Source: Candidatus Poribacteria bacterium (GTDB lineage Bacteria > Poribacteria > WGA-4E > WGA-3G). Taken from it: 64,000 bases of DNA. A model generated the notes under the pieces. That model was given only the letters and a program-made list of their open reading frames with translations. It did no database searches and was not told the DNA's origin. Below, one piece after another: positions 41,030 to 50,665 of this stretch. The stretch lies in the NCBI GenBank assembly GCA_965214095.1, contig OZ243938.1, positions 640,001 through 704,000 of the forward strand, in the 5' to 3' direction. Position 1 is the first letter of the stretch, and each line of letters begins with the position of its first letter. Both the position numbers and the translations under genes were made by a program.

Positions 41030-43049
41030 TTCCACAGGTATGCACAAGAATATGAGAAACTATAAATCAAAATCAAACAAGTATGGATTAACTCTAAACT
41101 TTTTGGAGGTAGTTTTTGGGAAAAAAAGACTTTCTCTCCAAAAAGCAGAATACTCACATGATTTGTTTGTTGAATATAAGGAAAATCCGAATTTTTATAT
41201 CCACAGATATGATGATGGAATGTACGTCTGGGAACTTTGTCCAACAGACGAAGTATTGCCCAATTCTTTCAGCGAAGCAGAGGTAACAATAGAACACCAT
41301 GCTCCAATTTTCACCAAAATTATAGAACGTGCTATTGTTACTTTTTTTATTAATAATAATTATAAAGTTTCCAAACGTCGATATTCTTCAATATGGGAAG
41401 TCGAACTTAAAAAGGAAGATGAAGGAAGTTTTAATGCTTTGGTTGTACGACCAACTATAGTGTTTTCCTTAAGAAACTTGTACTCAAAATTGGAAAGTAG
41501 ACAAGTTGTTGCTCTCACTATTAGAAAACGAGGAAAACCAATTTTTACTGGAAGTGAAGAAGAAATTAAAACACAATTAACAGACACACGTGGATTGACA
41601 CGTAACCGTGATGAAAATTTCGTTGCATCACGGGACAATCTAAAAAGATACCTAGAAGCTACAGGGCAGATGCAAGACTATGAAAGTTTCCTTAGTGAAA
41701 TGGAAAAACCACAAAACGAATTTTCATATCTTAAACAATGTCCAGCATCCTTTAATAAAATTGCTCCAAATTTGCACCTTCCAAATGAATTGGAAGTCTC
41801 AAACTTTTTACTTGTTAATCTTCCAAGTGCTTCTTTTGAATCTACTGTGATTGACAAACCAAAATACTATTTTTACAACGAAGGGACAAAAAGAGGATAT
41901 TATAACCAGGTTGTCTCTGAATTGAGACCTTATTCATACGATCTCTTTAGAAATAGAAAGTTGAATATCCTTGTAGTCTCTCCTGATGAATATGAGGGCA
42001 GTGTTGACGAGTATATGGTAACATTGAAGAAAAAGTTGCGAGATTTATTTCATTTGAAAGATGTTAAATTCCACTTCACGATGGTGAGGTTACCAGAAAC
42101 TTATCTTAGTGCTTTAAATAAGATAGATGTAAAGGATTACGATATTGCAATTATTATTTTATCTCAACGAGACAAAGATATTGAAAGTTCGCTTTCTCCA
42201 TATTTTTTGACAAAAGCAAAGCTATTAAACCAGCGACTTCCAACTCAAGATCTAACGATAGAGGTTCTGAGAAAGAGTGATTATATTATAGACAATAATA
42301 TTGCTCTAAATGTCTATTCTAAACTTGGTGGAATAGCGTGGACGATAGAAAAGTCCGAGAAAAACATTTCAGAGCTAATTATAGGGATTGGGTCTACAGT
42401 TGATGATAGTGGGGAACGAATTATTGGTTTTGCCAATGTTTTTGACTATAATGGAGCGTACCTTGTTGGAGACTGTAGCCAATTAAGTACATTAAACGAA
42501 TATACGAAAAATCTTGAAAATTATTTGGTAGAGACTTTAACACAATCATTTGAAAAGAAAGGTTTTACAGAGAGAGATAGTGTTAGACTCATATTCCATC
42601 TGTTTAAAGAAGCAGGAAAAAAGCATGAATTGAAGTCCATTGAAAATGTTCTAAAGCGTTTTAAAGATTACAATATACAATTTAGTTTAGTGCACCTTAG
42701 TTATGGGCACAATTTTAGAATGTTCAAGAATTGGGGAAATGATCGTCCCGATCGTGGCACATTTGTACAACTGTCTTCGCGACAAGCATTGCTTCATTTG
42801 GGTGGTAGATCAGTTGTACCAATACAAATACGGTTAGATAGAAGGTCAGAATATAGAGATCTTTACGAAATCACAAGACAAGTTCTTTATTTCACTCACC
42901 TTTCATATCGCACTTTTATTCCACCAAGTCAACCAGTTACCGTTAAATATCCAAATTTAATGGCGAAAATGGTTAGTGAACTCAAGAAAGTTCCAGGATG
43001 GGATTATTCAATTCTGAATCATTTGAACGAAAAGCTCTGGTTCATTTAA
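40989..43049 (+). CDS. Long prokaryotic Argonaute, catalytically inactive (long-B-like); true start probably 41040 or 41052
   Basis: MID pocket PYFLTKAKLL..LPTQ..NIALNVYSKLGG; PIWI with LIIGIG, RLIFHLFK, RGT, QVLYFTHLSY, PVTVKY; DEDX acidic residues replaced. Confidence 0.88.
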   Translation: MKILNIIRKITLTDSTGMHKNMRNYKSKSNKYGLTLNFLEVVFGKKRLSLQKAEYSHDLFVEYKENPNFYIHRYDDGMYVWELCPTDEVLPNSFSEAEVTIEHHAPIFTKIIERAIVTFFINNNYKVSKRRYSSIWEVELKKEDEGSFNALVVRPTIVFSLRNLYSKLESRQVVALTIRKRGKPIFTGSEEEIKTQLTDTRGLTRNRDENFVASRDNLKRYLEATGQMQDYESFLSEMEKPQNEFSYLKQCPASFNKIAPNLHLPNELEVSNFLLVNLPSASFESTVIDKPKYYFYNEGTKRGYYNQVVSELRPYSYDLFRNRKLNILVVSPDEYEGSVDEYMVTLKKKLRDLFHLKDVKFHFTMVRLPETYLSALNKIDVKDYDIAIIILSQRDKDIESSLSPYFLTKAKLLNQRLPTQDLTIEVLRKSDYIIDNNIALNVYSKLGGIAWTIEKSEKNISELIIGIGSTVDDSGERIIGFANVFDYNGAYLVGDCSQLSTLNEYTKNLENYLVETLTQSFEKKGFTERDSVRLIFHLFKEAGKKHELKSIENVLKRFKDYNIQFSLVHLSYGHNFRMFKNWGNDRPDRGTFVQLSSRQALLHLGGRSVVPIQIRLDRRSEYRDLYEITRQVLYFTHLSYRTFIPPSQPVTVKYPNLMAKMVSELKKVPGWDYSILNHLNEKLWFI

Positions 43050-43967
43050 ATGTTAATAATTGAAGAATTTAAAAGATATAAACAGTATTATCTTGATCGG
43101 TCAAGTCCAAAGCAAGAGATATTTTACAAGTTTTTAAATAGAGAGACGTTGTTAGATTTTCTAACTAAAGAAGATCTGACAGATATTGAACAGATGTGTC
43201 TTTCCATTTTCTGCACTGATGTCCCTTCTAGAAAAAAATTGATAGAAAGGAAAAGGAAGGAAAAAGTAATTGGAGGAATGCACTACACAAGGAATTTAAT
43301 TGAACTCACAGCGATGGCGATTGATGATTTGAAACAAGAAGAGGATAATTTGAAAACATATTGCCAAGACAACCCTACAAGACATTTTTTTATACTCAAT
43401 CAATTGTTTCCTGATCTTACATTCTATCGAGCGGATCCACAAGGAAGTGTTGACCAAATTGCATTACATCTCTGCCAAAAAGACTTACCAAAAGAAGGAT
43501 GGAAAACTCTTTTGATCAATGCACTTTACGAAATATCAGATTTGAATGACTTCTATGTGGTTGAACAAGGATATCACCAAGCAATGGATGATCATCCCAT
43601 TATCCACCAAGTAAACGATATCCTTTATGTGAAAAATGACTGCGAGAGGTTTGTTAAAAAAACTGAACGTAATGTAAAACTCGCTATAGGGCTAGTGCTC
43701 TTTCTACTGCTGGTGGGTATATGTTTTTTAGTTCCAACAATTCGCGAAAAATGGAATGAAGTTGAACCAATTTTTGGCGTAACTGGGGTTTTCTTATTTC
43801 TAATCGTAGAATTAATTTTTATTTTTCGCGGAAAAATTCTAGACCGAACAAAATTCACTAAGATGCTTATAGAAAAGATCACCAACTTTGTATTTAAAAA
43901 GAAGGGATGTAATCGTCTACAGTTAAAAGAAAGTTTATGTCGCCTAGTAAATGTGGGTGAAAAATAA
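43050..43967 (+). CDS. Argonaute-associated protein with two C-terminal TM helices (putative effector)
   Basis: ATG immediately follows the pAgo stop; TM segments LAIGLVLFLLLVGICFLV and IFGVTGVFLFLIVELIFIF. Confidence 0.75.
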   Translation: MLIIEEFKRYKQYYLDRSSPKQEIFYKFLNRETLLDFLTKEDLTDIEQMCLSIFCTDVPSRKKLIERKRKEKVIGGMHYTRNLIELTAMAIDDLKQEEDNLKTYCQDNPTRHFFILNQLFPDLTFYRADPQGSVDQIALHLCQKDLPKEGWKTLLINALYEISDLNDFYVVEQGYHQAMDDHPIIHQVNDILYVKNDCERFVKKTERNVKLAIGLVLFLLLVGICFLVPTIREKWNEVEPIFGVTGVFLFLIVELIFIFRGKILDRTKFTKMLIEKITNFVFKKKGCNRLQLKESLCRLVNVGEK

Positions 43968-44107
43968 AACTTCTATTGTAAGTGTTATTATTCACTACTA
44001 TTGTTGTGTAAGTATGATATAACAAATTCTCTGTTATCCTTCATTCATACCTTCAAATAAGAAATGTTTGTCACTTTCCTATCAACACCACCCACCAAAA
44101 ACTTCCC

Positions 44108-44137
44108 TTGACAAACCGCCAGTCCCTCAAGTATAAT
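44108..44137 (+). promoter_or_regulatory. Consensus sigma70 promoter; homologous copies near 45597, 49514 and 52149
   Basis: TTGACA-18 bp-TATAAT in four homologous copies. Confidence 0.75.
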
Positions 44138-44174
44138 CAATAAAACAACCGGAAACCGAGGCACAACACACAGC

Positions 44175-44266
44175 ATGGCACAATATGACGAAATCGTGAA
44201 GCATCTGATGCACCAGTACGCCAATGAGTTCGCCATGCTATCCTTTAGCACACCCGATGTCCAAGT
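44175..44266 (+). pseudogene. 5' fragment of Rpn gene
   Basis: MAQYDEIVKHLMHQYANEFAMLSF matches 45665; breaks after GATGTCCAAGT. Confidence 0.85.
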
Positions 44267-44269
44267 TTT

Positions 44270-44515
44270 CAGGGTTTTTTGTTCAATATTATTCACAATC
44301 GTTAATCTTCTTGTGGGTATGTATTCCTATTTGTCTGAAGCATGATTAGTAGATGGACAGGATAGATACTTGGTGTTTCTAAGTGCCACTGAAAAGAAAA
44401 AGGTAATCATTTAGACAGGCACTTCGGCGTGACAAACTCTAATCCCGGGGAATGCCAAAAGGCATTCATACCGTTGATTTGAAAATCTACTAATCCTGAA
44501 AATCCTGGTTCAGAG
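44270..44515. repeat. CAGGG-derived element with inverted AATCCTG-type repeats; related copies 46883-47270 and 51408-51515
   Basis: TGTCTGAA..GATTAGTAGAT..CAGGAT ... AATCTACTAATCCTGAAAATCCTGGTTCAGA. Confidence 0.7.
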
Positions 44516-44532
44516 AATAAAAAGAGGAAATC

Positions 44533-44778
44533 ATGCAAGAATCTCCATTTTACGAACTAATTATACAACGTGGTGTTCAACAAGGTGCACGTGAAAATTC
44601 CATCAAGAATATCCTATCTGTGCTCACTGAGCGTTTTCCACAGAGCGATGTGCAACCAGTGGCGGAAGCACTTGAATCTATTCAAGACATTGATCGTTTG
44701 ACAGAGCTTCATCGAACAGCAGTCCGGACATTTAACGTTGAAACGTTCCTGCAAGAAATTGACAAACAGGAAGTGTAA
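44533..44778 (+). CDS. Stand-alone Rpn C-terminal domain (RpnS-like short form)
   Basis: MQESPFYELIIQRG.. homologous to the C-termini of both full Rpn genes; RBS AGAGGA. Confidence 0.75.
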   Translation: MQESPFYELIIQRGVQQGARENSIKNILSVLTERFPQSDVQPVAEALESIQDIDRLTELHRTAVRTFNVETFLQEIDKQEV

Positions 44779-44868
44779 TACCAAATCAACCTAAATCGTA
44801 GGGGCAGGGTTCCCCTGTCCATCCGTGTTCTCAGTATCAAGAATAATACAGAGCTCGTTAATTTGGTA
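44779..44868. mobile_element. TACCA-type MITE with GTAGGGGCAGGGTTCCCCTGTCC REP (duplicate near 48697-48786)
   Basis: TACCAAAT...ATTTGGTA; REP at ~44798. Confidence 0.7.
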
Positions 44869-44958
44869 TAATACTTCCTCTGTCTGAACGATCTCCGAAC
44901 GGATGACAAACATAGACTAATCCGTCAACGCATCAATCCCACACACGGCAAATATCCA

Positions 44959-45466
44959 TCAGGACTCGTTGCTATAGCGGGTGTCTTCGCTAACGACTTC
45001 TTCTGTGGTTCCGTTCAAAAACTCTGATAGCAGTTGCGTTTTTTTACCGCCACAGTCGTTCAGATGGACAACAGTGACTTCCTCAGGGTCACTTGCTGCC
45101 TCTATATCTTCAAATATCAGCATCGTCATAGAATGGGTTTTGTATCTTGAGAAGCTGCTGGAATGCTTTGACCTCCTCTTTCATCTCAGCGATTTTGTGT
45201 ATCCTCTCAAGATACCTATACTACACATGTGTGCGAGCATTTTCCACACGGAGATATAGATCCAGTTTCTTTTTCTCATTGGTATTGAGATCACTTTTCT
45301 TAATCTTGCCATCTTCAAGCTGCTGCTTGTATTCCTCTCCGTCTCTCAACCAGTTCCGAAGAGTCTGGTAAGTGATCCCACAATAGGCTGCAATGCGATG
45401 CAGCGGGAGATTGGATACTTCCACAACAGTCACGATTCGTTCTGCGATAATCGGTGTTAATTTCAT
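44959..45466 (-). pseudogene. HTH protein resembling phage terminase small subunit; internal TAG plus a 1-bp insertion
   Basis: MKLTP..IAAYCGITYQTLRNWL..RVENART; homology to copy 2 continues past the TAG; extra base near 45113. Confidence 0.65.
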
Positions 45467-45664
45467 AATAATGATATTATAGCATGAAAAAAGCCACTAA
45501 CAGGTGGCAGCTCCGAATTCTGTTTACGCTGCTATATTTTAGAAACAGATTTTTGATTTCAGTAAGAATATTGGTTCCCCTCAGTTGAATCTTTCCTTGA
45601 CAAATCACCGCCCCATCAAGTATAATCAATAAAACAACCAAAGAACCGAGGCATAACACACAGC

Positions 45665-46549
45665 ATGGCACAATATGACGAAATCGTGAAGCATCTGATG
45701 CACCAGTACGCCAATGAGTTTGCCATGCTATCCTTTGGCACACCCGATGTCCAAGTATTAGAGACACTTGACACCGAACATCAAAAGATTAAGGTGCATC
45801 GCAATGATATGACATTTAAAGTGCTATGGCACAATGAGACAGTCCTTCTACATATAGAGGTGCAAACGGAGGATAGTAGAGATAAACCGATGCCGTTCCG
45901 GATGCTCTCTTATGCGAGTGAACTTCTATTACGTCATGAACTTCCCGTATATTCGGTAGTGATATATTTGAGTCCAAATGCAGGGCAGACCGACCCAGGC
46001 GGTTATAGTTATGGAAATGATGTGTTCGGTTTGCAGCATAAATATCAGGTAATTCGGTTGGCGGATTTAGAAGGGGAAGCGTTTTTGGAAGCAGCATCGG
46101 TTGGACTGCTACCGTTTACGCCTTTAATGAAGCCACCAGAGGGTATCAACACAGAAGCCTGGTTGCAAAGATGTGTTGAGAAGACAGAAGCCGCACCCGT
46201 TGACACACAGACGCGTGGAACACTGTTGTTTGCCCTATCTCTATTAGGTGGTTTAGTCCATGACCCAAGTTTTTTTGAAAAACTTATAACGGAGGAAATC
46301 ATGCAAGAATCTCCTTATTATGAACTGCTTGCGCAGCGAATCTATGAACGAACTGCCCGTGAAACTTCTATCAATTATATTCTATCTGTGCTTACAAAAC
46401 GTTTTCCGTTGAGCGATGTACAACCTGTAGCGGAAGTACTGGAATCTATTCATGACCTTGATAGATTAACAGAGCTGCATCTCACTGCAATTGACATACC
46501 AAGTGTTGAGACATTCTTACAAACAATTGTTAGAACTTATAGCGAGTAA
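45665..46549 (+). CDS. Rpn family (YhgA-like PD-(D/E)XK) nuclease
   Basis: YD...K.L, D..F...LLHIEVQT..MPFRMLSY, PVYSVVIYL, GLLPFTPLM, IMQESP motifs. Confidence 0.88.
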   Translation: MAQYDEIVKHLMHQYANEFAMLSFGTPDVQVLETLDTEHQKIKVHRNDMTFKVLWHNETVLLHIEVQTEDSRDKPMPFRMLSYASELLLRHELPVYSVVIYLSPNAGQTDPGGYSYGNDVFGLQHKYQVIRLADLEGEAFLEAASVGLLPFTPLMKPPEGINTEAWLQRCVEKTEAAPVDTQTRGTLLFALSLLGGLVHDPSFFEKLITEEIMQESPYYELLAQRIYERTARETSINYILSVLTKRFPLSDVQPVAEVLESIHDLDRLTELHLTAIDIPSVETFLQTIVRTYSE

Positions 46550-46702
46550 GAGCTAAGAACTCAAATTAAATAGGTATCTGAAGTGGCAAGAATGGGACAT
46601 AAAGTCTATCCTTTTCTTTCCTTATTTTACCGAATCCTTATGTTTTACTCAATATGACTTCTTACATAAATCACCTTGGCAAGAATGAAATCACGCCCCC
46701 TA

Positions 46703-46760
46703 ATGCAACCCAAAATCACCGTCATCGGCAGTGCAAACGTTGACCGCGTCATCTGCACAG
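46703..46760 (+). pseudogene. Duplicated 5' fragment of rbsK
   Basis: ATGCAACCCAAAATCACCGTCATCGGCAGTGCAAACGTTGACC.. matches the rbsK start at 52217. Confidence 0.85.
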
Positions 46761-46786
46761 TCTTTAGGAAAAGGTACAACACACAG

Positions 46787-46878
46787 CATAGCACAATATG
46801 ACGAAATCGTGAAGCATTTGATGCACCAGTACGCCAATGAGTTCGCCATGCTATCCTTTGGCACGCAGGATGTCCAAG
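46787..46878 (+). pseudogene. 5' fragment of Rpn gene (ATG mutated to ATA)
   Basis: Same breakpoint as the 44175 fragment. Confidence 0.8.
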
Positions 46879-47068
46879 TCTTCAGGGTTTTTTGTTCAAT
46901 ATTATTCACAATCGTTAATCTTCTTGTAGGTATGTCCTCCTATTTGTCTGAACCAGGATTAGTAGATGGACAGGATAGATACTTGGTGTTTCTAAGAGCC
47001 ACTCAAAAGAAAAGGTAATCATTTAGACAGGCACTTCGGCGAGACAAACTCTAATTCCGGGGAATGCC

Positions 47069-47187
47069 TAATGAAGATTAATTTATTAAACGGGTAATTC
47101 TCATTTTCTCAAACCCGGTAGGAGCGGTTTCCTAACCGCTCCGGACTTCTCAAGGAAATTACCTGATTTATTTCTTAATCTTCATCA
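47069..47187. mobile_element. 119-bp MITE (TAATGAAGATTAA TIR) carrying GTAGGAGCGGTTTCCTAACCGCTCC REP
   Basis: TIRs TAATGAAGATTAA/TTAATCTTCATCA; absent from the homologous site at 44450-44467. Confidence 0.85.
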
Positions 47188-47320
47188 GGCGTTCATACCG
47201 TTGATTTCTTGATTTGAAAATCTACTAATCCTGAAAATCTACTAATCCTGAAAATCCTGGTTCAGACAATAAAAAGAGGAAATGATGAGATCTACTCAGT
47301 TTGCGTCCGTCCTGATATTA

Positions 47321-48394
47321 TTACTTTGCCTCTTTTGACACAGTCTCCTCACCTTTCTGAACCACATTCTCATCAGAAAGCACATCCGAAGCAGGCGCAT
47401 TCAGTGCCGCAACCTTAGGCGGCGCAAACGACTGCATTTCAGATGAACCAATCGCATCAGACGACTCCACACCCAGCATTTCCAAAGTATTATGCTCCTT
47501 CAAAGAATCCAACTGATCCCGATAAACAGGATCACGCGTCAACGTAAACAAACCCGCTACCGTCTTAACAATCGCATTCGATAACGACACCAAATCCCTC
47601 GGATCCTTCGCAGAATCTCGCGCCTCAACCAACTTTTCATAATGATCCGACAACGCCTGAACCTGCTCCACTACCGTCGACATCGGTATACCCGTCAACG
47701 CCTGCTGAAAAAGTTCACGCTCATCATCCCAAACACACCGATATTTCTTCGGAAAACGAGGATTAGACGATTTCAAATATACTAACTGCGGATGAAGATA
47801 CCTACGAAGCCGATCCATACCGCAAACATCCTCAAACTTCCATGACGCAAACGGCGACAAATCATCATCCGAAAAAATCAAATCAGTAATCACCGCTGTC
47901 GTAGACAATCCACGTGCATGCCCCCGTACAGCTACCTCCCGCAACGAAGGCAAAAGACACTTACGATAATACGGATAAAGCAGATCGTCCATCCATTCCC
48001 GACACGCTTCTTTGTAATCAATGAAAATGCCGGTATAGTCACGAAACGGTTCCCGGTCATAATAATTTCTATAACCATCGTGAATTTTTCTATAGTTAAC
48101 TTCTCCTTTGATACCCACACCGATTTTGTCCTTATCTTCCACACACTTACGATACCCAATCAAACACATCATCCAAGACATATCTTTCATCGTCATATAA
48201 CCCAAACCAAAAAATTCCTCCTGCACCGACAAAGGCATCTCTGATGGAAGACTTTGCTCCAAAACACACGGATGATACAACGCAAATGCCTCCTCTAATT
48301 CCAGAAAACCAACCCCCATCGCTTCAAACATATTTTCAATAGATGCCGGTTCTTCTACATGTTTTGTCCAATAAGACTTCAACTTCTTATTCAT
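47321..48394 (-). CDS. Hypothetical protein, C-terminal part DUF2280-like (phage)
   Basis: FPKKYRCVWDDERELFQQALTGIPMSTVVEQVQALSDHY resembles the DUF2280 pattern from memory; GGAG RBS; atypical G/T-rich third positions. Confidence 0.55.
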   Translation of the reverse strand: MNKKLKSYWTKHVEEPASIENMFEAMGVGFLELEEAFALYHPCVLEQSLPSEMPLSVQEEFFGLGYMTMKDMSWMMCLIGYRKCVEDKDKIGVGIKGEVNYRKIHDGYRNYYDREPFRDYTGIFIDYKEACREWMDDLLYPYYRKCLLPSLREVAVRGHARGLSTTAVITDLIFSDDDLSPFASWKFEDVCGMDRLRRYLHPQLVYLKSSNPRFPKKYRCVWDDERELFQQALTGIPMSTVVEQVQALSDHYEKLVEARDSAKDPRDLVSLSNAIVKTVAGLFTLTRDPVYRDQLDSLKEHNTLEMLGVESSDAIGSSEMQSFAPPKVAALNAPASDVLSDENVVQKGEETVSKEAK

Positions 48395-48632
48395 TTCTCA
48401 CTCCTATAAATCAAAATTTGATGATGTCAGAGACGTAGTCTCCTTACAAAGTTCAAGAATCCGTTCACGATTATTGACTTCCGCGCCACTTTCTAACTTC
48501 ACACTATGTTTTCGTACCACTCCTTTTTGACCACGCACTACACGCTTACACGCCAAATAATGCTTACGAGACCCACGAGTCCGCCTGCCGAACTCACGAA
48601 GCAAACATTCATAAGGTGTATCAACGGCATTA

Positions 48633-50231
48633 AACAGCAGTCCGGACATTCAACGTTGAAACGTTCCTGCAAGAAATTGACAAACAGGAAGTGTAATACC
48701 AAATCAACCTAAATCGTAGGGGCAGGGTTCCCCTGTCCATCCGTGTTCTCAGTATCAAGAATAATACAGAGCTCGTTAATTTGGTATAATACTTCCTCTG
48801 TCTGAACGATCTCCGAACGGATGACAAACATAGACTAATCCGTCAACGCATCAATCCCACACACAGCAAATATCCATCAGGACTCGTTGCTATAGCGGGT
48901 GTCTTCGCTAACGACTTCTTCTGTGGTTCCGTTCAAAAACTCTGATAGCAGTTGCGGTTTTTTACCGCCACAGTCGTTCAGATGGACAACAGTGACTACC
49001 TCAGGGTCACTTGCTGCCTCTATATCTTCAATATCAGCATCGTCATAGAATGGGTTTTGTATCTTGAGAAGCTGCTGAAATGCTTTGACCTCCTCTTTCA
49101 TCTCAGCGATTTTGTGTATCCTCTCAAGATACCTATACTACACATGTGTGCGAGCATTTTCCACACGGAGATATAGATCCAGTTTCTTTTTCTGTTTAGT
49201 ATTGAGATCACTTTTCTTTATCTTCCCATCTTCAAGCTGCTGCTTGTATTCTTCTCCGTCTCTCAACCAGTTCCGAAGAGTCTGGTAAGTGATCCCACAA
49301 TAGGCTGCAATGCGATGCAACGGGAGATTGGATACTTCCACAGCAGTCACGATTCGTTCTGCGATAGTTGGTGTTAATTTCATAATAATGATATTATAGC
49401 ATGAAAAAAGCCACTAACAGGTGGCAGCTCCGAATTCTGTTTACGCAACATTATTTTAGAAACAGATTTTTGATTTCAGTAAGAATATTGGTTTCTCTCA
49501 GTTGAATCTTTCCTTGACAAATCACCGCCCCATCAAGTATAATCAATAAAACAACCAAAGAACCGAGGCATAACACACTGCATGGCACAATATGACGAAA
49601 TCGTGAAGCATCTGATGCACCAGTACGCCAATGAGTTTGCCATGCTATCCTTTGGCACACAAGATGTCCAAGTATTAGAGACACTTGACACCGAACACCA
49701 AAAGATTAAGGTGCATCGCAATGACATGACATTTAAAGTGCTATGGCACAATGAGACAGTCCTTCTACATATAGAGGTGCAAACACAGGATAGCAGAGAT
49801 AAACCGATGCCATTGCGGATGCTCTCTTATGCAAGTGAACTCCTGCTACGTCATGAACTTCCCGTGTATTCGGTGGTGATATATTTAAGTCCAAATGCGG
49901 GGCAGACCGACCCGGGTGGATACAGTTATGGAAATGATGTGTTCGGTTTGCAGCATAAATATCAGGTAATTCGGTTGGCGGATTTAGAAGGGGAGGCGTT
50001 TTTGGAAGCAGCATCGGTTGGACTGCTACCGTTTACGCCTTTAATGAAGCCACCAGAGGGTATCAACACAGAAGCATGGTTGCAAAGATGTGTTGAGAAG
50101 ACAGAAACCGCACCCGTTGACTTACAAACACGTGGAACGCTGTTGTTTGCCCTATCTCTATTAGGTGGCTTAGTCCATGACCCAAGTTTTTTTGAAAAAC
50201 TTATAACGGAGGAAATCATGCAAGAATCTCC
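48633..50231. repeat. ~1.6 kb direct repeat, copy 2
   Basis: Matches 44715-46314. Confidence 0.92.
48877..49383 (-). pseudogene. TerS-like HTH gene with a single in-frame TAG (49138-49140)
   Basis: ORFs 49138-49383 and 48877-49101 are in frame, joined by YRYLERIHKIAE. Confidence 0.7.
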
Positions 50232-50454
50232 ATTTTACGAACTAATTATACAACGTGGTGTTGAACGAGGTGCACGTGAAACTTCCATCAATAATATTCT
50301 ATCTGTGCTCACTGAGCGTTTTCCACAGAGCGGTGTGCAACCAGTGGTGGAAGCACTTGAATCTATTCAAGACCTTGATCACTTGACAATATTGCTTCGT
50401 AAAGCAGTCAAGACTCCCAGTGTCAAAGAATTCTTACAAGCAATTGATTCATAA
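49582..50454 (+). CDS. Rpn family nuclease, second intact copy
   Basis: N-terminal ~215 aa near-identical to the 45665 copy; divergent C-terminus. Confidence 0.88.
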   Translation: MAQYDEIVKHLMHQYANEFAMLSFGTQDVQVLETLDTEHQKIKVHRNDMTFKVLWHNETVLLHIEVQTQDSRDKPMPLRMLSYASELLLRHELPVYSVVIYLSPNAGQTDPGGYSYGNDVFGLQHKYQVIRLADLEGEAFLEAASVGLLPFTPLMKPPEGINTEAWLQRCVEKTETAPVDLQTRGTLLFALSLLGGLVHDPSFFEKLITEEIMQESPFYELIIQRGVERGARETSINNILSVLTERFPQSGVQPVVEALESIQDLDHLTILLRKAVKTPSVKEFLQAIDS

Positions 50455-50486
50455 AACACCTTAACAGAATTGAAATCACGCCCCTA

Positions 50487-50544
50487 ATGCAACCCAAAAT
50501 CACCGTCATCGGCAGTGCAAACGTTGACCGCGTCATCTGCACAG
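50487..50544 (+). pseudogene. Second duplicated rbsK 5' fragment
   Basis: Identical to 46703-46760. Confidence 0.85.
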
Positions 50545-50571
50545 TCTTTAGGAAAAGGCACAACACACAGC

Positions 50572-50662
50572 ATGGCACAATATGACGAAATCGTGAAGCA
50601 TCTGATGCACCAGTCCGCCAATGAGTTGCCATGCAATCCTTTGGCACACCCGATGTCCAAGT
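50572..50662 (+). pseudogene. Third 5' Rpn fragment
   Basis: Same breakpoint, followed by CAGGGTTATTTA. Confidence 0.8.
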
Positions 50663-50665
50663 TTT

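Larger units (their letters stand above)
44715..46314. repeat. ~1.6 kb direct repeat, copy 1 (copy 2 at 48633-50231)
   Basis: Near-identical sequence at offset ~3917 covering the Rpn tail, MITE, HTH pseudogene, promoter and Rpn N-terminal part. Confidence 0.92.

Noticed and set aside
44533-50454. Diversity-generating retroelement explanation for the variable Rpn C-termini
   Set aside because: No reverse transcriptase in the window, and the differences do not look adenine-restricted.
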